A stretch of DNA of 64,000 nucleotides from an uncultured Chloroflexia bacterium (GCA_963726245.1 CAVSBT010000030.1:160001-224000); one strand, 5' to 3'; positions 10,144-22,387 are shown, counted from the first letter of the stretch. The notes: a model not told the origin generated them from the letters alone. A program made the numbers and translations.

Positions 10144-10170
10144 TTGTCGTCCCCGTGAAGGCCCCCTTTA
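10144..10170 (-). promoter_or_regulatory. Putative sigma28 promoter
   Basis: Minus strand TAAA-N15-GACGACAA ahead of the 10057 start. Confidence 0.4.
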
Positions 10171-10422
10171 GGCCCCCCCCGCAGAAAAGCGCCAAAGCCG
10201 AGCCGGTGTGGTCTCCCGCCCTTTAGATGCGGTCATCACTATGTTAACTGATTCGCCGCCCTCCCAGAAGGTGGCCATAGGACCTTGGGACATCGCGGAG
10301 GAAGGGGTCCCCGGCCTGATCCAGCCCCTCTTCGCCGCCGGCGAAGCGCAGGGCCTGGACACCGAAGGCATCCAGGCCCTGTCTTGAGACTCTCGAGAAG
10401 CCGGCCGCTTCTCCCGCGCAGC

Positions 10423-11589
10423 CTATTCGCGAGGGAGGCCCAGCCCTCGCTGGGCGATGATGTTGCGCTGGATCTCGTTGCTGCCGGCGTAGATGGTCTC
10501 CCCCACCGTCCACAGATACTGGTACTTGATTTCGCCGCGCAGGGGCGCCCACTTCGACGACTCATCCAACTGGCCGTAGAGCCCGAGGATCTGCATGCCG
10601 GTGTTGGCTATGCGCTGCCTGAGCTCTGTCGTATAGGTCTTGGCCGCCGACGACTCGTAGATGGGCACCTGGCCCTTACCCTGCAACCAGGCCACGTTGT
10701 AGCTGATGAACCGCGCCACCTCGATCTCGATGGCCAGGCCGGCCAGCTTGCGTCGCACCCTCGGGTCGTCGATGAGACTATGCCCGTTGCGCTTCGTCTC
10801 CCGACAGTACTTGACCAGCTCCTGGAGGGTTCGTCTGGCGCCCGAGGCGAAGCCGATGCTCGACCGTTCGAAGGAGAGGGTCGTCATCGCCGCGTACCAG
10901 CCGCGGTTCTCCTCACCCAGACGGTTGGCCACCGGCACCCGTACGTCCTCGAAGTATGTCTCGTGGAAGCCCGCGAAGCCCGACATGTTGAGGATGGGCT
11001 GCGTGGTGATGCCCGGCGCCTTCATGTCCACCAGCAGGTAGGTGATGCCCCGGTGCTTGGGAGCGTCGGGGTCTGTCCGTACTAGAACGTGGATCCAATC
11101 GCTGCGGGCGGCAGCCGTCGTCCACGTCTTCTGCCCGTTCACGATGTAGTCATCGCCGTCACGCACGGCCTTGCACTGAAGGCCGGCCAGGTCGGAGCCA
11201 GCGTTGGGCTCGCTGAAGCCCTGCGACCAGACCACCTCCCCCTTAGCAATAGGGGGAAGGAACTGCGCCTTCTGTTCGTCGGTCCCATGAACCATCACGC
11301 AGGGTCCGACCATGGCGATGCCCTGACTGTCCACGATGGGCGCCCCTCTGTACGCCATCTCATCGCGGAAGATGAGCTGCTTCATGTGGCTGACTTCCAG
11401 GCCTCCGTACTGCTTGGGCCAGGCCATGGTGAGCCAGCCCCTGGCGACCAGCTTCTTCTCGAAGTCCCTCGCTGCCTGCCAGTCATCCGCCTTATCGGGG
11501 TCCCAGCTAGCCAGGGTCCATTCCCGGGCCAGGAACTCCTGCACTTCCTTGCGAAAGGCTTCCTCCTCCTCGCTGAACCTGAAGTCCAT
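10423..11589 (-). CDS. Acyl-CoA dehydrogenase
   Basis: WSQGFSEPNAGSDLA, NGQKTWT, TIYAGSNEIQRNIIA. Confidence 0.95.
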   Translation of the reverse strand: MDFRFSEEEEAFRKEVQEFLAREWTLASWDPDKADDWQAARDFEKKLVARGWLTMAWPKQYGGLEVSHMKQLIFRDEMAYRGAPIVDSQGIAMVGPCVMVHGTDEQKAQFLPPIAKGEVVWSQGFSEPNAGSDLAGLQCKAVRDGDDYIVNGQKTWTTAAARSDWIHVLVRTDPDAPKHRGITYLLVDMKAPGITTQPILNMSGFAGFHETYFEDVRVPVANRLGEENRGWYAAMTTLSFERSSIGFASGARRTLQELVKYCRETKRNGHSLIDDPRVRRKLAGLAIEIEVARFISYNVAWLQGKGQVPIYESSAAKTYTTELRQRIANTGMQILGLYGQLDESSKWAPLRGEIKYQYLWTVGETIYAGSNEIQRNIIAQRGLGLPRE

Positions 11590-11747
11590 AAGTCATCCCT
11601 TCTGCCCGGCGACGCGGGCGAACTTGTCCCGAGACGGGCAGCACTACCCAGGGCGACCGCTGTCGCCCTCTGTTAACTCTCCAGCCCAAGCGGCGGTGTC
11701 GCAAGGGCCGTTCGTCCCATACAGAAGAGCCGTGAGACCCTTGCCCA

Positions 11748-11885
11748 CAAGCATAAGCTACAAGCTACAGAGGTAACATGCAACAAGGGCGCCCTGGCCA
11801 GCAACAAGCTACAGGCCACAGGCGCCAAGGACCCCCGCAGTCACCATTGCGCCTCCGCGTTGCTGGTTGCTTGTTACTTGCTTCC
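11748..11885. repeat. Heptamer-type tandem repeats arranged as a loose inverted pair
   Basis: aagcat-aagctac-aagctac...gcaacaagctacaggccacagg followed by gttgctggttgcttgttacttgctt. Confidence 0.55.
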
Positions 11886-12221
11886 CTTGCGTTGACCGGC
11901 GCGTTTCTCTTAGCTGGGCCATTTGGACAAGAAAAACAGTACGTTCCGCCCTATCTAGTAGTTGACCGAAGGTTTTAATTCAATCATAGGCGACGCGAAC
12001 CCTGGTTCTCCAAGGGAAGGGGCGTCTACAAAGGGCCGTTGTGGAAGGGAATCATGACGAGCCCGAGGCGGTCGGGAAGGCCATCTGCTATGATGAACAG
12101 AGCATCCCGGCCCTAGAGATTGAGAGACTCCCCAATCCCTTCACAGGTGCCAGGGTGTATACTAGCGAATAGCGTTACCGAAGGCGCCGCTGGATGCGGT
12201 AGCAGAGGAGGAAGGAAGCCA

Positions 12222-12722
12222 ATGCCCGAGAAGTCAAGCGTTTCCCCGCCCAAGAACGTCCCCGAGCCCGTCATTGAAGGCCTATTGCTCTACCAGGCCG
12301 AGACCACCCTCGCCAAGCTGGTCGAGCGCTCACTGCTGGAGTTCGGGCTCAGCACACCCCAGATGTTGCTGCTGGGCGCGCTCTACTGGGACGGCCGCGC
12401 GCTGGTGCCACGCCGCATCCGCAACACCCTGGTGGTAGAAGCGCAGAGCCTTACGGGCCTCATCGACCGGCTGGAAAATCAGGGCCTGGCCCAGCGCCTG
12501 AGCCACCCGAAGGACCGCCGCAAGATCAGGGTGCAGATAACCAGCAAGGGCCGCAAGCGGTACGAAGAGGCCGCGGCGCACAGCGACATGGCGCTGGAGA
12601 ACTACTTCAAGGCGCTGACGGCCCGCGAGCGGCAGGCACTGCGCGCGGCGATGTTCAAGCTGCGGGGCGCGGGCTACAAGCCCCTGGGTCTGTCGCACGC
12701 GGCAGCCTACCCTCAGCCCTAG
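12222..12722 (+). CDS. MarR family transcriptional regulator
   Basis: GLSTPQ...LTGLIDRLENQGL...DRRKIRVQITSKG; GGAGG RBS. Confidence 0.92.
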   Translation: MPEKSSVSPPKNVPEPVIEGLLLYQAETTLAKLVERSLLEFGLSTPQMLLLGALYWDGRALVPRRIRNTLVVEAQSLTGLIDRLENQGLAQRLSHPKDRRKIRVQITSKGRKRYEEAAAHSDMALENYFKALTARERQALRAAMFKLRGAGYKPLGLSHAAAYPQP

Positions 12723-12884
12723 AGCTGTCCGCCAGCTAGCTTCAGAGGCCGCCGGCGCTGCACCGCCCAGGCTTGGGCTTCCAAGCTGAAGGTTGTCTTC
12801 GCTTGCGAATGCCGCGCATGGCGGCCTCTGCGGCCGCGGCGTCACCCGCTGCCGACCCGTCTTCTGCGACCCTCGAGAAGAGCA

Positions 12885-12982
12885 GCCGCTCGTCCTTCGA
12901 GATACTCAGGACGAGCGGCTCTCATGTTCCGCTCGTGGTGAGCCTGCCGGCCGGCAGGCAGGCCTGTCGAACCGTGAGCGGC
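12885..12982. repeat. REP-like palindrome doublet (CTTCGA..CTCAGGACGAGCGG / GTGAGCCTGTCGAACC type) with a nested CCTGCC..GGCAGGCAGG palindrome
   Basis: ccgctcgtcct-tcgagatactc-aggacgagcgg, then ccgctcgtggtgagcct[gccggccggcaggcaggcct]gtcgaaccgtgagcgg. Confidence 0.7.
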
Positions 12983-13195
12983 CCTCCCGGCCGCCGACTT
13001 GCCTTCTCCGCCTGCCCCCACTTCGGCAGCCGACACCCCGACCACGCCGCAGGGACTTCGCGCCACCGTTCCCTCACACCTGATCCCACAGGGCCGGGCG
13101 GCCTGTCCATTCGGCCTGTCCGCTCGGCCCTTGAGTCGCCCCCATAGCCAGGCGTAGGATAGCGGTAACCGGCTGCCGCTAGCCACCAGCTTCAG

Positions 13196-13717
13196 GTGGC
13201 CAGTCTCGCGCCGCCGCAGAACAGGGGGAACGCCCTGAGCGACGTACCCCACGGCAACGGAGCCCATCCCACGACCCGGCGCGTCTACCCGCTGGAAGGC
13301 GTCTGCATGGGCTGTGGCCTCTGCGAGGTCCACTGCCTGGTCGAGCACTCCCGCACGCGCAATCTGGTCAAGGCCTATCTGCAAGAACGCCCAACCCCGG
13401 TGGCCCGCCTCCGCGTCGAGCGGCGAGACGACCTCTTCCTGCCCGTCCAGTGCCGCCATTGCCCGGAGCCCCTCTGCGTATACTCCTGCCTCACCGGCGC
13501 CCTCCACCAGGACCCGGCAACGGGCGAGGTTCACGTCGACGAGGGGCGCTGCATCGGCTGCTGGACCTGTATCCTGGCCTGCCCCTATGGCGCGATCCGG
13601 CGCGACCGCGAGCGGGGCGTCATCGCCAAGTGCGACCTCTGCCCGGACCGCTCGCTGCCGGCCTGCGTCGCCGCCTGCCCCAACGAGGCCATCCTCTACA
13701 CCGAGGAGGCCCTCTGA
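13196..13717 (+). CDS. 4Fe-4S dicluster protein (glutamate synthase operon)
   Basis: CMGCGLCEVHC, CRHCPEPLC, CIGCWTCILACP, KCDLC. Confidence 0.92.
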   Translation: MASLAPPQNRGNALSDVPHGNGAHPTTRRVYPLEGVCMGCGLCEVHCLVEHSRTRNLVKAYLQERPTPVARLRVERRDDLFLPVQCRHCPEPLCVYSCLTGALHQDPATGEVHVDEGRCIGCWTCILACPYGAIRRDRERGVIAKCDLCPDRSLPACVAACPNEAILYTEEAL

Positions 13718-15033
13718 TGCCCCGCAAAGCCCGTCGCTCACGCACCCACTACCTCATCGTCGGCAACTCGGCGGGTGGCATCGGCGCCGTCGAGGCGATC
13801 CGGCAGGTCGACGCCGACCGTCCCATCACCATCGTCTCCGATGAACCCTACCCAGCCTACTCCCGCCCCGAGATCTCGGAGTACCTGGCCGGCCTGACGA
13901 CGCTCGAGCGCATGCAGTTCCGCCCGCCCGACTTCTACGAGAAGAACGGCGTCGATACCATCCTGGGCGCCACCGCTTCGCACCTTGACCTGTGGGGGCG
14001 GCGAATTGAGCTCGAGGACGGGCGCACACTCGGCTGGGACAGGCTGCTCCTGGCCACAGGCGGCCGGCCCACCGCGCCTCGCATTCCCGGCGCCGGCCGC
14101 GAGGACATCTTCACCTTCACCACCCTGGCCGACGCCGACAGCATCCGGGCGGCCCTGAGCCTGAATGGGGTAAGCAGGGCGGTGGTCATCGGAGCGGGGC
14201 TCATCGGCCTCAGCCTAACCCACGCCCTGGTGCGCCTGGGCGTGTCCGTGCTCATCGTGGAGCTCATGGACCGGCCCCTGGCTAACGCCCTCGACCGGGA
14301 AGCGGCGCAGGTGGTGGAGCGCGCCCTGCGCGAGGCCGGCGTCGAACTCGTCTTTGGGCAAACGGTGGCTCAAGTGCTGGGACGGCCGCAGGACGACAGC
14401 CGCGTCGGAGGCGTGCGTCTCCAGGATGGCCGCCAGCTTCCCTGCGACATGCTGGCCATCGCCATCGGCGTCACGCCGCGGACAGAGCTGGCTGCCCAGG
14501 CCGGCCTGCGGGTCAACCACGGCATCGTCGTGGACCGGCGCATGGCCGCCAGCCATCCGCACGTGTACGCCTGCGGCGACGTGGCCGAGGCATTCGACTT
14601 CATCCACGGCGTCGAGCGGGTGACGCCCATCTGGCCCAACGCCTACATCGGCGGCCGCGTGGCCGGACTCAACATGGCGGGTCGGGAGACGACATACAGC
14701 GGCGGCACGGGCATGAACGCCCTCAGCTACTTCGGACTGGCCGTCGTCTCGGCGGGCCTCCAGGAGCCCGGCGACGGGCCCGGCTACGAGGTACTCACCA
14801 GCTCGGACGGAGACGCCGCCTATCGAAAGGTGGTGCTCCGGGAGGGCCGCGTGGCCGGCCTCACGTTTGTTGGTGACATCGAGAAGTCCGGCATTGTCTT
14901 CGGGCTCATGCGGGACGGCACGGACGTGAGCGCCTTCAAAGAGTCGCTGGTGGCGCCCGACTTCGGGCTGACGATGCTGCCGGAAGAGTGGCGTCGGGAG
15001 CGACTGGCTCCCCCTGCCGCCGTGCCCGCTTGA
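13717..15033 (+). CDS. NAD(P)/FAD-dependent oxidoreductase
   Basis: IVGNSAGG, LATGG, VIGAGLIG, YACGDVAE; overlaps the upstream stop (TGATG). Confidence 0.92.
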   Translation: MPRKARRSRTHYLIVGNSAGGIGAVEAIRQVDADRPITIVSDEPYPAYSRPEISEYLAGLTTLERMQFRPPDFYEKNGVDTILGATASHLDLWGRRIELEDGRTLGWDRLLLATGGRPTAPRIPGAGREDIFTFTTLADADSIRAALSLNGVSRAVVIGAGLIGLSLTHALVRLGVSVLIVELMDRPLANALDREAAQVVERALREAGVELVFGQTVAQVLGRPQDDSRVGGVRLQDGRQLPCDMLAIAIGVTPRTELAAQAGLRVNHGIVVDRRMAASHPHVYACGDVAEAFDFIHGVERVTPIWPNAYIGGRVAGLNMAGRETTYSGGTGMNALSYFGLAVVSAGLQEPGDGPGYEVLTSSDGDAAYRKVVLREGRVAGLTFVGDIEKSGIVFGLMRDGTDVSAFKESLVAPDFGLTMLPEEWRRERLAPPAAVPA

Positions 15034-15047
15034 ATGGAGGGACAGGT

Positions 15048-16238
15048 ATGAGTGACGACGTCTGGTTCAAGGCTTTGCAGAACCCCTACCGCGACGACAA
15101 GGTTATGGCGGCCTGCGGCCTCTTCGGCATCCTGGACACCAGCGGGCGCACCATGGGCTCCAGCGACGTCGTCAATGCCATGGCCAACATGCACGACCGC
15201 AGCAACGGCCTGGGAGGCGGGTTCGCCGCCTATGGCATCTACCCGGAGCAGGCTGACCTCTACGCCCTGCACATCATGTACATGCGCGACGACGCCCGGC
15301 CTCAGGTGGAGGCCATCCTTCGCGCCCACTTCACCGTCGCCCGCGCCGAGCCGGTGCCGACGCGCTCAGGGACCCGCGTCATCGACCCGCCCGACTTCTG
15401 GCGCTACTTCGTCAGCCCGCAGAGCAACGGCCAGGAAGCGAGCGATGACTACGTCATCCAGCAGGTGATGCGGATCAATACCAGCGTCCCCGGGGCCTTC
15501 GTTTTCTCCAGCGGTAAGGACATGGCCGTCTTCAAGGGCGTCGGCTACCCGGAGGACATCGCCGAGCACTTCCGCCTCGATGACTACCAGGGCTACATGT
15601 GGGTGGGCCACGGCCGCTTCCCCACAAACACGCCCGGCTGGTGGGGAGGCGCTCATCCCTTCAACATCCTGGACTGGACCGTCGTCCACAACGGCGAGAT
15701 CTCCTCCTATGGCATCAACGTCCGCTACCTGGAGATGTTCGGCTACCACTGCACCATGCAGACTGATACCGAGGTCGTGGCCTACGCCGTCGACCTCCTC
15801 ATGCGCCGTCACGGCCTGCCCGTGGAGCTGGTGGCCGACGTCCTGGCGCCCCCCTTCTGGAGCCACATCGAGAGCGAGTCTGCGGAGACCCAGGCGTTGC
15901 AGCTCGCCCTGCGCCAGGTCTACGGCAGCCTCCTCCTCAACGGCCCCTTCACGGTCATCATCGCCCACCAGGGAGAGATGGTCGGCCTCACCGACCGCAT
16001 CCGGCTCCGGCCGTTGACGGCCGCCATCAAGGGAGACCGGCTCTATCTATCTTCGGAGGAGGCGTCCATCCGGCTCGTCTCGCCGGAGCTGGACCGGGTG
16101 TGGACGCCCACCGGCGGCGAGCCGGTGGTGGGACGGCTCGGCGTGCCCCTGCGCGAAGCGCCGCCGGCCTCCGATCTGCCGGCCCTCCACACGGAGCGCG
16201 CCCTCGCGAGTGCGGGAAGGAGGGCCCGGAAGGCTTAG
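15048..16238 (+). CDS. Glutamate synthase, class II glutamine amidotransferase subunit (GltB1-like)
   Basis: ACGLFG, GHGRFPTNT, HPF, VHNGEI, TDTE. Confidence 0.9.
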   Translation: MSDDVWFKALQNPYRDDKVMAACGLFGILDTSGRTMGSSDVVNAMANMHDRSNGLGGGFAAYGIYPEQADLYALHIMYMRDDARPQVEAILRAHFTVARAEPVPTRSGTRVIDPPDFWRYFVSPQSNGQEASDDYVIQQVMRINTSVPGAFVFSSGKDMAVFKGVGYPEDIAEHFRLDDYQGYMWVGHGRFPTNTPGWWGGAHPFNILDWTVVHNGEISSYGINVRYLEMFGYHCTMQTDTEVVAYAVDLLMRRHGLPVELVADVLAPPFWSHIESESAETQALQLALRQVYGSLLLNGPFTVIIAHQGEMVGLTDRIRLRPLTAAIKGDRLYLSSEEASIRLVSPELDRVWTPTGGEPVVGRLGVPLREAPPASDLPALHTERALASAGRRARKA

Positions 16239-16246
16239 GCCGGCCG

Positions 16247-17803
16247 ATGAAGAGCTATTTGCCGCCTCGCTTCAGAATTCACAGGCAGGAGGACCGCTGC
16301 ATCCGCTGCCAGGTCTGCGTGCGCCAGTGCAGCTTCGGCGCCCAGGCCTACGACGCCCTGGATGACGTCGTCGTCGGCCACGACGAGCGCTGCGTCGCCT
16401 GCCATCGCTGCGTGGTCTTCTGCCCCACCCAGGCCCTGACCGTCACCAGCAACCCCCTGGAGTACCGAGAGAACTTCAACTGGCGTCCGGAGGTCATCGA
16501 GGACATCATCAAGCAGTCGGAGACAGGGGGCATGCTCCTGACGGGCATGGGCAACGACAAGCCCCACCCCATCTACTGGGACCACTTGCTGCTCAACGCC
16601 AGCCAGGTGACCAACCCATCGATCGATCCGCTGCGGGAGCCGATGGAGCTGCGCACCTACCTGGGCCGCAAGCCGGACCGGGTAGAGGTGGGCGTTGGCG
16701 CGGGCCCAGACAGCGCCCCGCCCGGCGGCGGCCATCCGGCCGGCAACGGCTCCCTGAAGCTGAAGACGCGCATCGCGCCGCAGGTGGCGATAGAGGTGCC
16801 GATGCTCTTCTCGGCCATGTCCTACGGAGCGGTCAGCCTGAACGCACACGAGTCCCTGGCCCGAGCCGCCTACGAATCCGGCACTCTCTTCAACACCGGC
16901 GAGGGCGGGCTCCACCCCAAGCTCTACCGCTACGGCGACAACACCATCGTGCAGGTGGCCTCGGGGCGCTTCGGGGTGCACCCGGAGTACCTTGCAGCGG
17001 GGCGCATCATCGAGATCAAGATCGGCCAGGGGGCGAAGCCGGGCATCGGCGGGCACCTGCCGGCCGAGAAGGTGAGCGCGGACGTGGCGTCGACCCGCAT
17101 GATCCCCGCCGGCACCGACGCGCTTTCGCCGGCGCCCCACCACGACATCTACTCCATCGAAGACCTGTCGCAGCTCATCTACGCCCTGAAGGAGGCGACC
17201 CACTACGAGAAGCCGATCTGCGTGAAGATAGCCGCTGTCCACAACTCGGCGGCCATCGCCAGCGGCATGGTGCGCGCCGGCGCCGATATCATCGCCCTGG
17301 ACGGCCTGCGCGGCTCCACCGGCGCCGCCCCTAAGGTCATCCGCGACAACGTGGGCATACCGATCGAGCTGGCCATCGCCGCCGTCGACACCCGACTGCG
17401 ACAGGAGGGCATCCGCAACCAGGCGTCGCTCCTCGTCGCCGGCGGCTTCCGGGGCAGCGCCGACATCATCAAGGCGATCGCCCTGGGCGCCGACGCCGTC
17501 TACATCGGCACCGCCGCCCTCATCGCCCTGGGCTGCACCGTCTGCCAGCAGTGCCACACCGGTCGCTGCGCCTGGGGCATCTGCACCACCGACCCGGCCC
17601 TCAGCAGGCGCCTCAACCCGGAGATCGGCACCCGCCGGCTGGTGAACCTGCTGCGAGGCTGGGAGCTGGAGATCAAGGACATGCTGGGCGGCATGGGCAT
17701 CAACGCCCTGGAGAGCCTCCGCGGCAACCGCGACCACCTCCGCGGCATCGGCCTGACCGACAGCGAGCTGCAGGTGCTCGGTGTGAGGCTGGCGGGGACG
17801 TGA
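16247..17803 (+). CDS. Glutamate synthase FMN-binding subunit with N-terminal ferredoxin (GltB2-like)
   Basis: MSYGA, NTGEGG, QVASGRFGV, EIKIGQGAKPGIGGHLP, CxxCxxCHTGxC. Confidence 0.95.
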   Translation: MKSYLPPRFRIHRQEDRCIRCQVCVRQCSFGAQAYDALDDVVVGHDERCVACHRCVVFCPTQALTVTSNPLEYRENFNWRPEVIEDIIKQSETGGMLLTGMGNDKPHPIYWDHLLLNASQVTNPSIDPLREPMELRTYLGRKPDRVEVGVGAGPDSAPPGGGHPAGNGSLKLKTRIAPQVAIEVPMLFSAMSYGAVSLNAHESLARAAYESGTLFNTGEGGLHPKLYRYGDNTIVQVASGRFGVHPEYLAAGRIIEIKIGQGAKPGIGGHLPAEKVSADVASTRMIPAGTDALSPAPHHDIYSIEDLSQLIYALKEATHYEKPICVKIAAVHNSAAIASGMVRAGADIIALDGLRGSTGAAPKVIRDNVGIPIELAIAAVDTRLRQEGIRNQASLLVAGGFRGSADIIKAIALGADAVYIGTAALIALGCTVCQQCHTGRCAWGICTTDPALSRRLNPEIGTRRLVNLLRGWELEIKDMLGGMGINALESLRGNRDHLRGIGLTDSELQVLGVRLAGT

Positions 17804-17816
17804 GGGCGATGCGCAG

Positions 17817-18566
17817 ATGGTTAGCACGCCGGTTGTCATCGATGCCGCCGGGCTCCACTACAGCGAGCTGAACCACTCGCTGCGGGAGGCCGTTCTCGCC
17901 GGCCAGCGCCACATCGAGGTGCGCAACGTCTACGGCCAGCGCTACATCGGCACCAACCTCGCCGCGCCGGTTCACCTGGAGGTCTTCGGGACGCCCGGCA
18001 ACGACCTGGGCGCCTTCATGGACGGGCCGACGATCGTCGTTCACGGCAACGCCCAGGACGGCTGCGGCAACACCATGAACGAGGGCCAGATCGTGGTGCA
18101 CGGACGGGCCGGGGACATCACCGGCCTCTCCGCCCGCGGCGGCAAGATCTTCATCCGCGACGGCGTGGGCTACCGGGTAGGCATCCACATGAAGGAATAC
18201 GAGGCCAAACGCCCCTGCCTGGTGGTCGGCGGCACGGCGCAGGACTTCCTGGGCGAGTACATGGCCGGCGGCGTGCTGGTCGTGCTGGGGCTGGAGCTAC
18301 GAGAAGGCGAGCCGCACCGCGCCCGCTTCATCGGCACCGGCATGCACGGCGGCGTCATCTACCTGCGAGGTCAGGTCGAGCAGCAGCAGCTAGGCCGCGA
18401 GGTGGGCGTCGCCGAGCTCGATGACGATGACCGCGCCACGCTCGAAGGGCTGGTGCGCGAGTTCTGCCACCACTTCGGCCACAACGAGCGCCAGATCCTC
18501 GACGCGGAGTTCGTGAAGCTCTTCCCCCTCTACCTGCGTCCCTACGGAAGACTCTACGCCTACTAG
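17817..18566 (+). CDS. Glutamate synthase GXGXG subunit (GltB3-like)
   Basis: GQRYIG, GTPGNDLGAFMDG, DFLGEYMAGG, GTGMHGG. Confidence 0.92.
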   Translation: MVSTPVVIDAAGLHYSELNHSLREAVLAGQRHIEVRNVYGQRYIGTNLAAPVHLEVFGTPGNDLGAFMDGPTIVVHGNAQDGCGNTMNEGQIVVHGRAGDITGLSARGGKIFIRDGVGYRVGIHMKEYEAKRPCLVVGGTAQDFLGEYMAGGVLVVLGLELREGEPHRARFIGTGMHGGVIYLRGQVEQQQLGREVGVAELDDDDRATLEGLVREFCHHFGHNERQILDAEFVKLFPLYLRPYGRLYAY

Positions 18567-18594
18567 CGGCGAACATCCCACGACGAGACCCAAC

Positions 18595-18626
18595 AAGAGG
18601 CCGGGCCCTAGCGGGTCCGGCCTCTT
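18595..18626. terminator. Bidirectional terminator-like hairpin
   Basis: aagaggccgggccc-tagc-gggtccggcctctt between convergent genes. Confidence 0.65.
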
Positions 18627-18660
18627 AGCGTTTCGGTCTGGCGACCTAATGAGGAGGTGG

Positions 18661-20576
<1,916 letters not shown>

Positions 20577-21026
20577 GCTTGTGTGTCTCCTTTGTGCTGT
20601 TACGCTGCAATGGCGGGGCTGCAGGCTATTTCAGGCTGCCGCCGTGAAGGGGCGGTCAGCGAGTCTCCGATCCAAGGGCGGATCCCGGTCGAAGACACGG
20701 TGCCATGTCCTCGACCAAGGGCCGCGACGGTCCTCTGCTTCCCAGACCCCCCCGGGTCCCGCAGCAAGCGGTCGTTTGTCTGAGAGTATCGCTTCAGGGG
20801 CGGCTGCTTACCTTAGTCGGTTGCGGCCTACTCAGTCCTGATAGTATTCCTTTTCACCAAACGGTAAGTCTATCACCCTAAGTGGGCTAGTGGAAGTCCC
20901 CACCTGGCTTCGGGCGGACTCTTCTTGCGGCATGAGCACGACTTGTCTCCGGCGGCGGGCGCGTTATGATGAGGGCCGGTTCCGCCAAGAGGTCCGGCTG
21001 CGTCCGCGCAAGGAGGAGGAGAGGAG

Positions 21027-21515
21027 TTGGACGTCTACACCTGCATCCGCACCAAGAGGGACACCCGCGCCTACGACAGCAGGCACATCGCCGAGGACGC
21101 GCTTCAGCGCATCCTACAGGCCGGCCGCATGGCCGGCAGCGCCAAGAACCTCCAGCCCTGCCGCTTCGTGGTCCTCCAGGACGAGGCCAGGAAGAAGGAG
21201 CTTTCCACCTGCGGCCAGTTCGCCACCCACATCGTCACGGCGCCGGTCGTGGTGGCGGTTGTCGTGCCCCAGGATGGGCGGGAGTTCGACGCCGGCCGCA
21301 GCGCCCAGAACATGATGCTGGCCGCCTGGGCCGAGGGCGTCGCCTCCTGCCCGGTCACCATGCACGACGCCTCATGCGCCCATCGAGTGCTCGGCCTCCC
21401 CGACACGCACCGCGTCTCCATCGTCCTCGCCTTCGGCTACCCAGCGGCAGGCGAGAGACGCCGCCCCAGCCCGCGCCTTCCCCTCGACGAGCTGGTACAC
21501 CACGAGCGCTGGTAG
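21027..21515 (+). CDS. Nitroreductase family protein
   Basis: IRTKRDTRAY, AGSAKNLQP, FDAGRSAQNMMLAA, FGYP. Confidence 0.92.
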   Translation: MDVYTCIRTKRDTRAYDSRHIAEDALQRILQAGRMAGSAKNLQPCRFVVLQDEARKKELSTCGQFATHIVTAPVVVAVVVPQDGREFDAGRSAQNMMLAAWAEGVASCPVTMHDASCAHRVLGLPDTHRVSIVLAFGYPAAGERRRPSPRLPLDELVHHERW

Positions 21516-21565
21516 GGGCAGAAACCACACCTCGAGGCTCCGAGGCGCAGCGCCCGGCCCCGATG

Positions 21566-22387
21566 TTAGCGGCCCGAAGGCGGCGCGCCGCAGAACTCGG
21601 CGTAGTCGATGAGAGCTGTGATTGTGGGCTTGTCGCCGCAGACCGGGCAGGAAGGGTTGCGCCGGATGCGCAGGGTGCGGAACTCCATCGTCAGAGCGTC
21701 GAAGACCAGCAGGCGGCCCGCCAGGGACGTGCCGATGCCCAGCAGGAGCTTGATGGTCTCCAGCGCCTGGATGGTCCCTATGATGCCCGGCAGGACACCC
21801 AGAAGGCCCGTTTGAGCGGCGGGGGGCAACGTGCCCGGCGGCGGCGGCTCCGGGTAGAGGCAGCGGTAGCACCCCTGCCCCGGCAGGAACACCGTCGCCT
21901 GGCCGTCGAAGCGGAAGACGCTGGCCTCGACGATGGGGCGGCCGGTTAGCACGCAGGCATCGTTGACCAAGTAGCGGGTCGGGAAGTTGTCGCAGGTGCT
22001 CATGACGACGTCGTAGCCCGCGATGATCTCCAGAGCGTTGGCGGTGGAGAGGCCCTCGCGATGACGCACCACCTGCACTTCGGGATTGATGTCGGCGATG
22101 GCCTCCGCCGCTGAGTCGACCTTGGGTCGACCCAGGTCGTGGACGTGGTGGAGGATCTGGCGCTGGAGGTTAGAGATGTCCACGTCGTCGAAGTCAACGA
22201 GACCCAAGGTTCCGACGCCGGCCGCCGCCAGGTAGAGGGCGGCAGGCGAGCCCAGCCCGCCTACGCCGACGAGAAGCACCTTGGACTGCAGCAGCTTGCG
22301 CTGGCCCTCGTCGCCAACCTCGGGCAGTAGGACCAGGTGGCGGCTGTATCGACCGGCCTGCTCCTCGGTCCAGTCAGCCTTAGCCAT
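21566..22387 (-). CDS. moeB: MoeB/ThiF family adenylyltransferase
   Basis: RYSRH, GVGGLGS, SNLQRQ, CYRCLYP, CPVCG. Confidence 0.9.
   Translation of the reverse strand: MAKADWTEEQAGRYSRHLVLLPEVGDEGQRKLLQSKVLLVGVGGLGSPAALYLAAAGVGTLGLVDFDDVDISNLQRQILHHVHDLGRPKVDSAAEAIADINPEVQVVRHREGLSTANALEIIAGYDVVMSTCDNFPTRYLVNDACVLTGRPIVEASVFRFDGQATVFLPGQGCYRCLYPEPPPPGTLPPAAQTGLLGVLPGIIGTIQALETIKLLLGIGTSLAGRLLVFDALTMEFRTLRIRRNPSCPVCGDKPTITALIDYAEFCGAPPSGR

Noticed and set aside
11950-12220. Hairpins upstream of marR as a riboswitch
   Set aside because: No recognisable conserved motif or coherent overall fold
13196-18566. Split glutamate synthase operon as a novel system
   Set aside because: Known archaeal-type GltB1/B2/B3 arrangement in anaerobic bacteria
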